DNA of 64,000 nt from an uncultured Phycisphaerales bacterium (GCA_963758525.1 CAVWVQ010000003.1:3328001-3392000); one strand, 5' to 3'. Shown: positions 41,440 through 51,243, counted from the first letter of the stretch. Numbers and translations: made by a program. Notes: generated from the sequence alone by a model not told the origin.

Positions 41440-41896
41440 GGCGGGATTTATCCCGCCGCTTGCTTGCGAAACCGCAAAATACGATGGGATGAATGCCGCG
41501 TTAGCTGGGAGCCCGTTTCAGGATCTTCAGCCGCTGGGGGAGAGGAAGTTTTCAGAATTGAGGGCGACATACCCCCTCTCCCGGTAATCCGGGAGAGGGC
41601 GGGGGTGAGGGTGATTTCGAACGTCGGGCGCCGCTGGTTCTCGAAATCACCGTCACCCCAACCCTCTCCCGGATTACCGGGAGAGGGGGTAAAGAAGCGC
41701 TCGATCCGAGCTTCGGAGTACCTCAGACTCCCCCGTAGCACTGCCGTCCCGGCTGTGATTCCGACGGCCGCAGCCGAGACGGCCGTGCTACAAAATTGCC
41801 TCACTCGCGAGTTTCGTACTTGAAAAGTAGGGCGGGATTCATCCCGCCGCTTCCTCGCGAAACCGCAAAAGAACGGCGGGATGAATCCCGCCCTAC
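41436..41896. repeat. Cluster of four REP/REPIN families between convergent genes
   Basis: GTAGGGCGGGAT REP 41436-41457; ~120-bp CCCCTCTCCC palindrome 41570-41691; half element 41697-41730; REPIN 41735-41791; REPIN 41827-41896. Confidence 0.85.
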
Positions 41897-43295
41897 GCAG
41901 ACTGGAACGCGCGCTGCCGGTACAAGTGTTCGAACAGATTCCCTTCATGCGGCTGATCCCAACTCAGTTGATACGTTGGAATCGCTCCGAGATTCAGCCG
42001 GTCGATATCAGGGGATGCCATCAGCGCTTTTGCAAACGACGGATCGCGCGTGAGCGCCGTGGCGACGAGCGTCGAGCCGATCGCGCCGGGCATTTCGCTG
42101 GTCGGGCATTCGATGACCGTCGCGAACGGAAACAGAAATTCCTTGTTGGCCAGCGGATGTTCGCGATCGCAGCGGAGAATCGTCGGCAGCAGATATGTGC
42201 ACCGACCCACGCTGACCAGTCGCGGCGAGCCGCGATGTTGCAGCGTCAGGTCTGTCGCGCCGCTCATCGCACCGTCGATCATCGCATTGATCCGCTGCGG
42301 CATCAGCGGATTGGCAAACGCGGCGATCTGAGCATCAGGATGCTCGGCGGGAAGCGCTTTCACCGTCGCGAGCTTCCGCGCGATCGCGTCGGCAATCTTA
42401 TCCGCATTTTTCGGAGTCCAGACGGCTGACGCGTTGATGCACGAACGCCCGCCGTTGGCGGCGATCGACCCCACCATCAGGTCGACATATTTCTCCCAGT
42501 CATCGGCCGCGTCGTCGCCGAGGATCACTTTGCTGTAGCCGGGCCCGTGCAGTTCGATGCGCGGGTCTTTGCTCCAGGCCTTTGTCGTCGAAGCGTCGCC
42601 AAAGAGCATCGCCCGATCGACCGCCTGCAGCAGGCTCGACGCTCCGCCGTGATCCGTCGGATAGAAGCCAAACGCCTCGCGTGGCAGGCCCGCGGCGGCA
42701 AGCGACTCGATCACTCGCAACGGCGTCCACGGCTCCTCGCGCCCGGCTTGAGAATGATCGGGCTCTTGAGCGCGATGGCCGGGATCCACAGCGAATGCAC
42801 GCCAGGCGAATTGCTCGGAAGGACCGCGCCAAACGTCCGCGCTTCGCGGAACCACGAGAGCGTTCGCCCGTCGTCGCTTCCATATCCGCGATCGAGGATG
42901 GACAGATCAAACCCACGCGTCAGCCCGGCAAGAATCACGTCCATCTCCGCCAGCACGCGATAAATCTTGCGGGCGTTCCCCCGGCAATAGCTGTACGGCA
43001 TGCCGGTCGTCGCCGAGAGCTGCATCATGTATTGGTCGAACGACTGCGGCTGATCGCCCAGCGGAACCGAGCCGTTCAAAAAGATCTCGCCGGCTTTCTT
43101 GCAGATGTCGATCAGCTCGGCGACCTTAAACGATTCGAGCACATCCGTATCCCACCGATGAATGTCCCGCATGATCAGCCCGGAGTTCGCCTGACTGATC
43201 GAGGCGAAAGGTTCGCCGGTCGCGTGATGCAGAATCTCGATCTTGTCGACCGATTCGTAGGGTTTGCCGTGACGGAGGATGGGGATGTGAAGCAT
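41893..43295 (-). CDS. Aldehyde dehydrogenase-fold protein, GriD/EhpG/LuxC-like reductase (frameshift near 42742)
   Basis: VLPSNSPG, LKPG.EEP, ELHGPGYSK, NGGRSCINAS (catalytic Cys), KEFLFP. Confidence 0.8.
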
Positions 43296-43306
43296 TGTTG
43301 TAAATC

Positions 43307-43876
43307 TCAGGGTTGTCCCGGAGGCCACAGCTCGTCGAGGTGAATCGCCAGGTCGGGAAATGGTGCGAAGCTGACAATATCGTGACCACGGCCTTGTCCG
43401 GCAGGCTGGTATTCGGGACCCTCGAGATTGAAAGCTTCAATCGTCCGTTCGTCCGGATCGATGATCCAATAATGAGGGATCCGTGCGGTGGCGTATTGGC
43501 GAAACTTGTCTCTGCGATCTACGGTGTCGCTTGACGGGCTGATGATTTCGACGCAAAGCTCCGGCATTGTCCGGATGGGCTTCTTCATGTTGATCAAGGC
43601 TATCTGTGCCTTCGTGAAATAGAGCAAGTCCGGTCGGCGAACATTGAACTCATCCAGCACGGTATCGGTGTCGCCAAGCAAGTCGCCGAGATCGTTGTCG
43701 ATGATATGATTCAGCAGAATGCGGGAAAGTCTTTTGTCGACGTGAGAATGCAGCGGCTGCGGACTCGGGCTCACGATGATTTCCCCTTCCACAAGTTCCA
43801 GGCGCACACCCGGCGGGTCTTCTCCAAGGAGGGCGTATTGCCGGGCAGTCATTTTAGTGGTGCTGTCAATCGACAT
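43307..43876 (-). CDS. Uma2 family PD-(D/E)XK endonuclease
   Basis: ELVEGEI..SP...H, RRPDL, PELCVEIISPS, DK..QY...IPHYWIIDP. Confidence 0.92.
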   Translation of the reverse strand: MSIDSTTKMTARQYALLGEDPPGVRLELVEGEIIVSPSPQPLHSHVDKRLSRILLNHIIDNDLGDLLGDTDTVLDEFNVRRPDLLYFTKAQIALINMKKPIRTMPELCVEIISPSSDTVDRRDKFRQYATARIPHYWIIDPDERTIEAFNLEGPEYQPAGQGRGHDIVSFAPFPDLAIHLDELWPPGQP

Positions 43877-43996
43877 AGCGTTCCAGCGAGTATAGCACGG
43901 AGCGAGCGCAAATTTCCGACTGCTCTGCCGTTTCGCGTGCGCAATGGCAGGCTCGAGGCCTGCACCACAAACGGGCAATCCCGCGTTTTCTCCGAG

Positions 43997-45073
43997 TCAG
44001 TAAACCCCCTCCACGACCGTGCCCGCAAATCCGCTGAACGGCTGCACATTCCCCGCCCCATCCCAAGGATACGGCTGACAGGGCGGACGGCGAATCGCCT
44101 GGTCGCGCTCGAGGAAGCGGGGGATGAAGGTTTCCTTCGTCAATGTCGTGAGCATCACCCGGCCGCGCTGGCCGTAGGGGACTTTCTTCCCGGCGTTGTC
44201 GGGTTCGACGATCTCAATCACCGCTCGCGGCTGCGGCGCGTGGTAGATGATCTCGTAGTTGTCGGCGGGGTCGAACGGCTTGTGTGTCGCGAGGCCCATG
44301 AGCGTGTTGCCGTAGGTCGGAACGAAGTCGACGCCGGGGCAGAGTTCCTCGCGGGCGAAGCGGTGGAATTGCGGCGTAAGTTCGGTGCCGCCGCAGAAGA
44401 TTCCCTTGATGCCGTAGTGGGCGAGGTCGATTTTCTCAGCCAGTGCTTCCAGGAGCTTGGGCGTGGTGAACATGCAGCGAATGTTGTCGTGGCTGCGGAG
44501 AATGGTGAGAGCCTGGTCCACGCAGTGTTGTTTGTAGAGATTGGCTTCCTGCATCTCGCCGCGCTTGATGCACTTGATGACCCAGCGCGGATCGAGGTCG
44601 ACGCAGAACGCGATTCCGCCGCGATGCTGGGCGAGATGTTCGATCGCCAGTCGCAGGCGGCGCGGGCCGGATGGCCCGAGCATGAGCCAGTCGCTGCCGC
44701 GGGGGAAGGTCTGGTCGGAGAGGGTTTTGCTGAAGGTTTCGTAGTCGATGCGGAAGTCGTCGATTTGCAACCGGCTCTTGGGAACGCCGGTGCTGCCGCC
44801 GGTTTCAAAAACGTAGAGCGGCCTGCCCGCCAGACCTTTGGGAAGCCAGCGGCGCACGGGGCCGCCGCGGAGCCAGTCGTCCTCGAAGTGAGGAAATTTC
44901 GCCAGATCGGCAAATGACTTCACTTCCGCGCGCGCATCGAACCTGGCCCCCTTCGCCCAATCCAGCCAGAACGGGCAGCCGGTTTCGGGGTTGAAGTGCC
45001 ATCCGATGATGTCGCGGATATGGATGTCGAGGGCGGCCCGTGCGTGTTGAACTTGTTCTTGCAAAGATGCCAT
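43997..45073 (-). CDS. GriC/EhpF-like short adenylate-forming enzyme
   Basis: WHFNPETGCPFW, FETGGSTGVPK loop, DLDPRWV, PTYGNTLMG, RFLERD. Confidence 0.78.
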   Translation of the reverse strand: MASLQEQVQHARAALDIHIRDIIGWHFNPETGCPFWLDWAKGARFDARAEVKSFADLAKFPHFEDDWLRGGPVRRWLPKGLAGRPLYVFETGGSTGVPKSRLQIDDFRIDYETFSKTLSDQTFPRGSDWLMLGPSGPRRLRLAIEHLAQHRGGIAFCVDLDPRWVIKCIKRGEMQEANLYKQHCVDQALTILRSHDNIRCMFTTPKLLEALAEKIDLAHYGIKGIFCGGTELTPQFHRFAREELCPGVDFVPTYGNTLMGLATHKPFDPADNYEIIYHAPQPRAVIEIVEPDNAGKKVPYGQRGRVMLTTLTKETFIPRFLERDQAIRRPPCQPYPWDGAGNVQPFSGFAGTVVEGVY

Positions 45074-45077
45074 GAAT

Positions 45078-45569
45078 AAACCCGAATGACGAAACCAGAA
45101 TCCCCGAATCAAACCCGAATGACGAATGACTGAATGAAGAAAAAGTTCAACTATCCGCAACTTCTGCGGATTTTTCCGAAGATCAGGTTTAGCTCTTTCG
45201 CTTCTTGCCACAACAGCCGCGCACCCGGCTGCGCCGTCGGTTCCGCGGCTGCGAGCATCCGCAGCCAATATTTGGTCTCGCGGGATTCTTTTCTGCACAA
45301 CCCGATCTTATGACGGAAGTCCTTCTTGCTCTCCGCGTCGTCCGCCTCACAGTAGTTGGCTCCGACACTCGTACCTGCCCTGACGAGCTGCGACAGAATC
45401 GGCTGATTGACCGGAGAAACCATGACCCGCTTGCAGAGCCGAATGATTTCTTCACCAAACTTGGCGGTGCGCTCATCCAAGTCAAAGCCACTCCCAGACT
45501 CGAATGCTTCCATTCGGTCATTCGTCATTCGGGTTTGATTCGGGGATTCTGGTTTCGTCATTCGGGTTT
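45078..45569. mobile_element. Four-helix-bundle cassette bounded by 59-bp inverted repeats
   Basis: Arms 45078-45136 and 45511-45569 are reverse complements with 1 mismatch. Confidence 0.65.
45151..45561 (-). CDS. Four helix bundle protein (23S rRNA IVS/bAvd-like family)
   Basis: DLDERT..F, SQLVRAGTSVGANYCEA..AESKKDF.HK...KESRETKYWL; start 45561 or 45513. Confidence 0.92.
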   Translation of the reverse strand: MTKPESPNQTRMTNDRMEAFESGSGFDLDERTAKFGEEIIRLCKRVMVSPVNQPILSQLVRAGTSVGANYCEADDAESKKDFRHKIGLCRKESRETKYWLRMLAAAEPTAQPGARLLWQEAKELNLIFGKIRRSCG

Positions 45570-47228
45570 CCCTTGAATCGCGTACAGCTTATCCCGCGTG
45601 CTGATATACAAAACGCCATTCGCGAACACCGGCGAGCAATAGCTCGCGCTTCCCATGTTTTGCTCGGAGATCATGTTCATTTTCTCCGACTCGTCGAAGA
45701 TGCGGACATCGCCGTCTTCGTCGGTCACGTAGACTTTCCCGTCGCAGATCAGCGGCGAGCCCCACATGGCCGACTCCATGTCATAGGTCCAGAGCACCTT
45801 GCCGGTCTTGGCGTCGAAGCAATGCAGAAAGCCGGAGAAATCGGGAACGAAGCAAAGACCTTTGTCGACGACCGCGGTGGAAATCGTGCGGTTCATGTGC
45901 TCGCTGCGATCGATTTTGCCGTCGCCGTTGAGATCGTACTTGTCGTAGTGCCAGATGACGGCGGAGTTGGGATTGGGAATGCCCTTTCGGCTGGGGACAT
46001 TGGCGGCGTTATCGAGCAACTGGTCGCCGGGTTTGGGCTTGGGGATGTTGGGATGGGGATCGAGCTCGGCGCTCACGTCGCCGGTCTTGGTGATATCGAC
46101 GCAGTACATATGGCCGTATCCTTCGCCGTGCTCGGGGTCCTGGCCGTTGGCGATGTACATCCGGTCGCCCACGATGCACGGCGTGGCGATGATCTCGTTG
46201 CGCGTCTGGGGATAGACGGCGTCTTTCGGATTGGTGTCAAACTTCCAGACAATCTCGCCGGTCCTCGCGTCAAACGCATACACCCATGCGTCGCCCAGCG
46301 GCGCGATCACCAGCGGGCGGCCGTTCACTTCCGTGATCGCCGGGCTGGCCCATTGCCCGTGCAGCACGTTGGGGCCCGGCGAGTTGTTGGTCCAGATGAC
46401 CTTGCCGGTGCCCTTGTTGAAGCAGACGATGGACGGGGCGTTGGGGGCGACGACATGCTTATGAGTGTCGTCCACGCCATTGGCGGTGATTACATAGATG
46501 AAATCGCCCCATGACGCCGTCGCGCAGCTCGTCATGTTGTGGGGAAAAACGCCCAGCGTGGTCATCATGTCGCAGGTCCAGACTTCGCTGGGGTGCTTGT
46601 CGGCCGAGCTGATGTCAAGGCAGACCACCTCGCAGCGGTTGGTGCAGAACCAGATGCGATGGCCCTCAGAATAGACGGTCGAGCAGAGTCCTTCGCCCGG
46701 CCAGTCATTCACCCGTCCGGTGGGGAGCTTGGCACTGTAGCGCTGCCAGAGGAATTTGCCGGTCGCTTCGTCGAACGCCATCAGCACACCGCCGTCGGCC
46801 GTGATGCTGGGGTCGCGTTTGCCTTCGTTGTTGGTCCCCACGTAGACCAGACCATCACTGATGACAGGATTCCCGTAGCTCTTGGAGCCAAGGTCCGCGC
46901 TCCACTTGATGTTTTTGCCAGTCTGCACATCCCACGTCGTCGGGGGATTTTTCTCAGGCGAGATCATTTGCCGAAGCGGAGTCCGGCCCCACATGGGCCA
47001 GTCGTCGGCCCGCGTAGAAACCGGTAGGGCGCAAAGTGCCATCAGGCCGCAGAAGAGGATGGGTGCGCGGGAAACCCGAATTCCGAAACCCGAATGACGA
47101 ATCAAACCCGAATGACGAATGACCGAATGAAAACATGCGATAGCGCGGCGCCATTCGGTCATTTGGTCATTCGTCATTGATTCTGGTTTCTGGTTTCTGA
47201 ATTCTGGTTTCAACGTCATGTTGTTCAT
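45558..47228 (-). CDS. PQQ-binding-like beta-propeller protein
   Basis: DDWPMWG, repeated D..TG...W motifs, EF-hand-like DLNGDGKID; N-terminus contains an in-frame repeat insert. Confidence 0.88.
   Translation of the reverse strand: MNNMTLKPEFRNQKPESMTNDQMTEWRRAIACFHSVIRHSGLIRHSGFGIRVSRAPILFCGLMALCALPVSTRADDWPMWGRTPLRQMISPEKNPPTTWDVQTGKNIKWSADLGSKSYGNPVISDGLVYVGTNNEGKRDPSITADGGVLMAFDEATGKFLWQRYSAKLPTGRVNDWPGEGLCSTVYSEGHRIWFCTNRCEVVCLDISSADKHPSEVWTCDMMTTLGVFPHNMTSCATASWGDFIYVITANGVDDTHKHVVAPNAPSIVCFNKGTGKVIWTNNSPGPNVLHGQWASPAITEVNGRPLVIAPLGDAWVYAFDARTGEIVWKFDTNPKDAVYPQTRNEIIATPCIVGDRMYIANGQDPEHGEGYGHMYCVDITKTGDVSAELDPHPNIPKPKPGDQLLDNAANVPSRKGIPNPNSAVIWHYDKYDLNGDGKIDRSEHMNRTISTAVVDKGLCFVPDFSGFLHCFDAKTGKVLWTYDMESAMWGSPLICDGKVYVTDEDGDVRIFDESEKMNMISEQNMGSASYCSPVFANGVLYISTRDKLYAIQGKPE
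47071..47211. repeat. Empty heptamer inverted-repeat element (141 bp), in frame within the CDS
   Basis: Arms 47071-47129 and 47152-47211 homologous to the four-helix-bundle arms, 22-bp spacer. Confidence 0.8.
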
Positions 47229-49693
47229 TTTTCATTCTCACTGACAACAATGTTGTCGTAATAGATTTCCAGATCATTGGAGAAGCCCCAGAAGCCAGGG
47301 CTGCCGTTGCGATTGGGTGTGTAGTCTTCAAGTTGAACCGTCCAATCGCTGGGCTCGGGCTCGCCGGATTTCCAGACTTTTCCCTTCATGACCGCTTTGT
47401 CTTTTTCCTGGGAAACCGTCAGCTTCTCGCGGTACCAGGTGCCGGCCTTGAATTCGAAGGGGACGGCGGTGTGCGTCGCCAGGCCCGGCTCCACTTCGTT
47501 TCTGGGAAGCGCCGCAGGCCAGGAGTGAAGCCCCAGGGTCTGTCGGCTTCCCTTCAACTCGAGCACGTAGCGGCTGTTGATGATTCCGACATCGGGAATC
47601 TTGTGGACCAGCGTTCCCGCGTCGTCGTAGACAATCTCTTTGACCATCACATCGGCCTGCAGCGTGTAGTCGTGCATGTCTTCGGAGCCGAAGTAGGTGC
47701 GGGCGCGGGCAAACAGCGGAATGTCGGTGAGCTTGACCAGCACCTTGTTCTTCGGACCGGTCGGCCCGGGCATCTCGCGCACGGCAAACTTCATTCCTGC
47801 GCCGATCCAGACCAGGGGCGGCTTGCCGACGGGCGCGGCTTCGAAATCGATCTTCCACGGCAGCGGCGGGAAGACGCGGACGCGCCCCTCGCCGGTGAGC
47901 TTGCCGACCGTCGCGATGACCGCGCCGCCCTGGATCGGACCGCCAGCGGCAGTGAACGTGCCGCTGTTATCCACTTCGCCCTTGAGGTTGCCAATCTTTG
48001 TTGGCTGCGTGCTGGCGACCGGAGCAGTCGTCGGTTGCGTCGATGGAGCGCTGGTCGGAGCCGGCGGGGGGGTCGCGCCTGCGACCGACAGCGACACCGG
48101 CCGCAACAGCGCCTTGGGGCGTGGCGGCATCGGCGGCACCGTGAGTTGTCCCACCGCCCAACTGTCCGCTTTCATCTGGCCCAGCGCCCGACCTTTCGCG
48201 TCAAACCCGAAAACGGTGAACGTCGTCTTCTCGCCGGGCTTGCTCACCACGTCGGCGGGTCGGACCTGGAGCACCGCCGCTTCAGCGGTCTTGTCGGCGG
48301 GTTCTTCCGTCGCGGTTTCGGGAATCGGATCGGAACTTACCTTCGGTTCTTTGGGCCCGATGCAGAACATGCTGTTGGCACTTTGAAGGAACAGTTGCCC
48401 ATTGGAAATTGCAAACGAGCCGAACACGGCATATTCGCGGCCCATCTTTTCTTCGATGTCTTCGTGGCTCAGCACTGTCGGCTTGGTTTCTCCGTTGACC
48501 TTTAAAATCCAAACCCGCCCGTTCGCTTCGGGGAAATACAGCTTCCCGTCGGCATAGACGAGCGAGGCCTTGCCGATGGTTCCATATCCTTTGTGCCAGA
48601 GGATCTTTCCGCTTTTCGCGTCAAACGCGTAGATGACAGCGCTGTCTGTCGGGACGTAGAGAATGCCGTCGAACAACGTCGAGGAGGGGAACCCGGCTTC
48701 GATGCCGTCCACGCGCCAGACGACCTTGGGTGTGCCGTCCTTACCGATTTCCGAGGCGTCGAGACATGCCACGCCCCCAAGCCTGGTGCTGCTGAAATTA
48801 TCCAGATCCCAGGAGCAATAGATCAGATTGCCAGCAATGATCGGCGAGCAGTTCATGCCGCGTTTGCAGGGCTTGTATGACCAGAGCTTTTTCCCGGTGC
48901 GCACCTGGAACGCGTGGAATCCGCCGTCGCCGGCGTTGATTACCGCGATGCGCTGGCCGGCGACGACACCTACCACGGGCGTGCCGTAGGGCGCGTCGAC
49001 GGGAATACCGCCGGTGCCGGTCGTCCAGTTAAGCTGGCCGGTGTTCTTATCAAACGCATAGAGGCGTTGTTGCGAGAGGAAATTGTTCCCCCAGCCGAAG
49101 CTGACGCCGGAGATCAGCAATTGATCTTCATCGATGGCCGGGGAGGGGGTTCGCCCGCCGAAGGTGGTGATCATTCCGAATTCTTCCACCATCTGGCGCT
49201 TCCACACGACCTCTCCGGTTTTGCCGTCGCAGCAGACAAGCTCATTTTGCGCGCCCAGCCCATAGACTCGGCCGGTCTTCGGATCGCCGGTGATGTTGGA
49301 CCATCCCAGACGGTGGAACGGATCGTCGGAGACATACATGTTCTCCAGATGCTGCCAGACGATCTTGCCGGTTTTGGCGTCGACGCACGTGAGCGCTTCC
49401 TGCGTTTTGGGGCCGGGGTCCAGCGTGGCGGTGCCCTCCTCGCCGGCGGGAACTTCGCCAACGCGCGTGAAAGCGTAAACGCACCCGTTCATCACGATCG
49501 GGCTGGACATCCCTCCAACGCTGTTCTTCCAGACGACGTTCTCGCCGTCCGGCGTCCATTTTTCCGGCAGATCCTTTTCGCGCGACACGCCGTTCTGCTC
49601 CGGCCCGCGCCATTGATACCAGTCGCCCGCCAGCGCCGGCGCCGCCATGATCAGGCCCGTTAGCAGCCACGCCGCAATCCTCGAATTCAACAT
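47225..49693 (-). CDS. Large PQQ-binding-like propeller protein with Ig-like and C-terminal lectin-like domains
   Basis: Signal peptide, DWYQWRG, propeller repeats, P/T linker, C-terminal beta-sandwich (WYREKL...GKVW...IYYDNI). Confidence 0.86.
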   Translation of the reverse strand: MLNSRIAAWLLTGLIMAAPALAGDWYQWRGPEQNGVSREKDLPEKWTPDGENVVWKNSVGGMSSPIVMNGCVYAFTRVGEVPAGEEGTATLDPGPKTQEALTCVDAKTGKIVWQHLENMYVSDDPFHRLGWSNITGDPKTGRVYGLGAQNELVCCDGKTGEVVWKRQMVEEFGMITTFGGRTPSPAIDEDQLLISGVSFGWGNNFLSQQRLYAFDKNTGQLNWTTGTGGIPVDAPYGTPVVGVVAGQRIAVINAGDGGFHAFQVRTGKKLWSYKPCKRGMNCSPIIAGNLIYCSWDLDNFSSTRLGGVACLDASEIGKDGTPKVVWRVDGIEAGFPSSTLFDGILYVPTDSAVIYAFDAKSGKILWHKGYGTIGKASLVYADGKLYFPEANGRVWILKVNGETKPTVLSHEDIEEKMGREYAVFGSFAISNGQLFLQSANSMFCIGPKEPKVSSDPIPETATEEPADKTAEAAVLQVRPADVVSKPGEKTTFTVFGFDAKGRALGQMKADSWAVGQLTVPPMPPRPKALLRPVSLSVAGATPPPAPTSAPSTQPTTAPVASTQPTKIGNLKGEVDNSGTFTAAGGPIQGGAVIATVGKLTGEGRVRVFPPLPWKIDFEAAPVGKPPLVWIGAGMKFAVREMPGPTGPKNKVLVKLTDIPLFARARTYFGSEDMHDYTLQADVMVKEIVYDDAGTLVHKIPDVGIINSRYVLELKGSRQTLGLHSWPAALPRNEVEPGLATHTAVPFEFKAGTWYREKLTVSQEKDKAVMKGKVWKSGEPEPSDWTVQLEDYTPNRNGSPGFWGFSNDLEIYYDNIVVSENEK

Positions 49694-49700
49694 GTCACTC

Positions 49701-51047
49701 TCACTTTGTTGTCGATGGGTGTCGAACGAATCGCTGCGACTTCATCTCCGACCGGGGAAGCGTCCCCGGCCCCACCAGCGAAACCTCCGCCCGGAACGAA
49801 AAGGCGCTCTGCAACGCGCGCTGGGCGCGTTCGATCAGGCTATTATCCGCGCCCGGCGCCGCCGGCTCAAGTTCGAGCTTCACCTGCGCAAGGGGACCCT
49901 GGTCGAAAACGGTCATGCGAAATTCGGCAATCTCGGGAAAGCTCCGCAGCACGGACTCCACCGCTGTTGGAAACACATTATTGCCACGAACCACCAGCAT
50001 GTCATCGACGCGCCCCAGGATTCCACCTTCGAGTCGCGCGAAGCTGCGCCCGCAGGCGCACCCGCGCCGACTGATGCGCACCTGATCGCCGGTACGATAG
50101 CGAATCAGCGGGCTTCCGGCCCGCCCCAAATTGGTCAGAACCAGCTCTCCGATCTGATCGTTGGCCACCGCGACTCCGCTGACCGGATCGACCGACTCCG
50201 CGATAAACTCATTCTCGTTCACGTGCAGCCCCGTCCCGGGATTCTCCCGGCATTCAAACGTGACGGCACCCATCTCTGTCATACCGCTGTGATCGAAGAT
50301 GCGCGCACCCCACGCCTGCTCAATTCGCTTTCGCGTGCCGGGAATGCTTCCTCCCGCTTCGCCCGCGACGATGAGCATCCGCACGGACGATGCCGGCAGA
50401 TCGATCTTGAGCTCCGCCGCAACGTCGGCCATGCGCAGCGCGTAGGTCGGCGTGCAGAACACGACGGTCACCTGATTGTCCAGAATCATCCGCAGCCGGC
50501 GATCGGTGCTCATGCCTCCGCCGGGGATGCAGAGCCGGCCCATCGCCGCCGCCCCTTCAAATGCCGCCCAGAATCCGACGAACGGGCCGAACGAAAAGGG
50601 AAAGAAAAGCCGATCCTGCTGCGTCACCCCGGCCGCGTCGAGGATCGTCGCCCAGCAGGTCTCAAACCACCGCCAGCTCTGCGGGGTGTCCAGCCAGCGC
50701 ATCGGCTTGCCGTGCGTTCCGGAGGTCTGATGAAATCGGGAATATCGCTCAAGGGGATACGTGAGATTGGTTCCGAATGGCGGATGATCGACTTGATCTT
50801 TTTCCAACTCCTCGCGGATGGTGAATGGAAGTTGCGAAAGTGGATCACGGGCCGGGTTGAATGCGATCCCGCCAAGCTTGCGGCGATAGAACGGATTCTC
50901 CGCGGCCACAAGTCGAATAAGCTCGGCTAGCCTTGTTTGCTGAGTTTCGCTCAAGTCGGGCAATGGCGTTCCCTCACTCGCGGCGTCAACGCCATCGTTG
51001 ACCCGATAGAGCCTAGCATTGTAGCCTTGCGGTGAAGGGCGAGCCAA
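49701..51047 (-). CDS. Phenylacetate-CoA ligase (PaaK) family adenylate-forming enzyme
   Basis: QTSGTHGKP, AGE, HSGMTEMG, YRTGD, GRVDDMLVVRGNNVFP; start uncertain. Confidence 0.88.
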   Translation of the reverse strand: MARPSPQGYNARLYRVNDGVDAASEGTPLPDLSETQQTRLAELIRLVAAENPFYRRKLGGIAFNPARDPLSQLPFTIREELEKDQVDHPPFGTNLTYPLERYSRFHQTSGTHGKPMRWLDTPQSWRWFETCWATILDAAGVTQQDRLFFPFSFGPFVGFWAAFEGAAAMGRLCIPGGGMSTDRRLRMILDNQVTVVFCTPTYALRMADVAAELKIDLPASSVRMLIVAGEAGGSIPGTRKRIEQAWGARIFDHSGMTEMGAVTFECRENPGTGLHVNENEFIAESVDPVSGVAVANDQIGELVLTNLGRAGSPLIRYRTGDQVRISRRGCACGRSFARLEGGILGRVDDMLVVRGNNVFPTAVESVLRSFPEIAEFRMTVFDQGPLAQVKLELEPAAPGADNSLIERAQRALQSAFSFRAEVSLVGPGTLPRSEMKSQRFVRHPSTTK

Positions 51048-51073
51048 GACAGACGGAGCCTGCCGTATTGCCT

Positions 51074-51174
51074 GGGTGTGGCGCTCGAAAGTGGCGATCG
51101 GCTCCGAGTAGGGCGGGATGAATCCCGCCCTACGATCGCAAAATCTGCAATCGCCACAAATAAAAGTTACACCC
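51074..51174 (-). mobile_element. MITE copy 2 (101 bp, REPIN collapsed to one palindrome)
   Basis: Same ends as 28057-28199 in inverse orientation; 8-bp TSD TATTGCCT (51066-51073, 51175-51182). Confidence 0.9.
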
Positions 51175-51243
51175 TATTGCCTTGGATGTGTACCGTTTCG
51201 GCGGAAAGGTCACGCACCCTATCGTCCTTCTCCAGCCTGAGCC

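Noticed and set aside
41893..45073. lux bioluminescence or phenazine biosynthesis cluster
   Set aside because: Only reductase-like and adenylating homologs present; no luxAB/luxD or phz core genes
45151..45561. Diversity-generating retroelement or 23S rRNA intervening sequence
   Set aside because: No reverse transcriptase, no TR/VR pair with adenine-specific mismatches and no rRNA gene in the window
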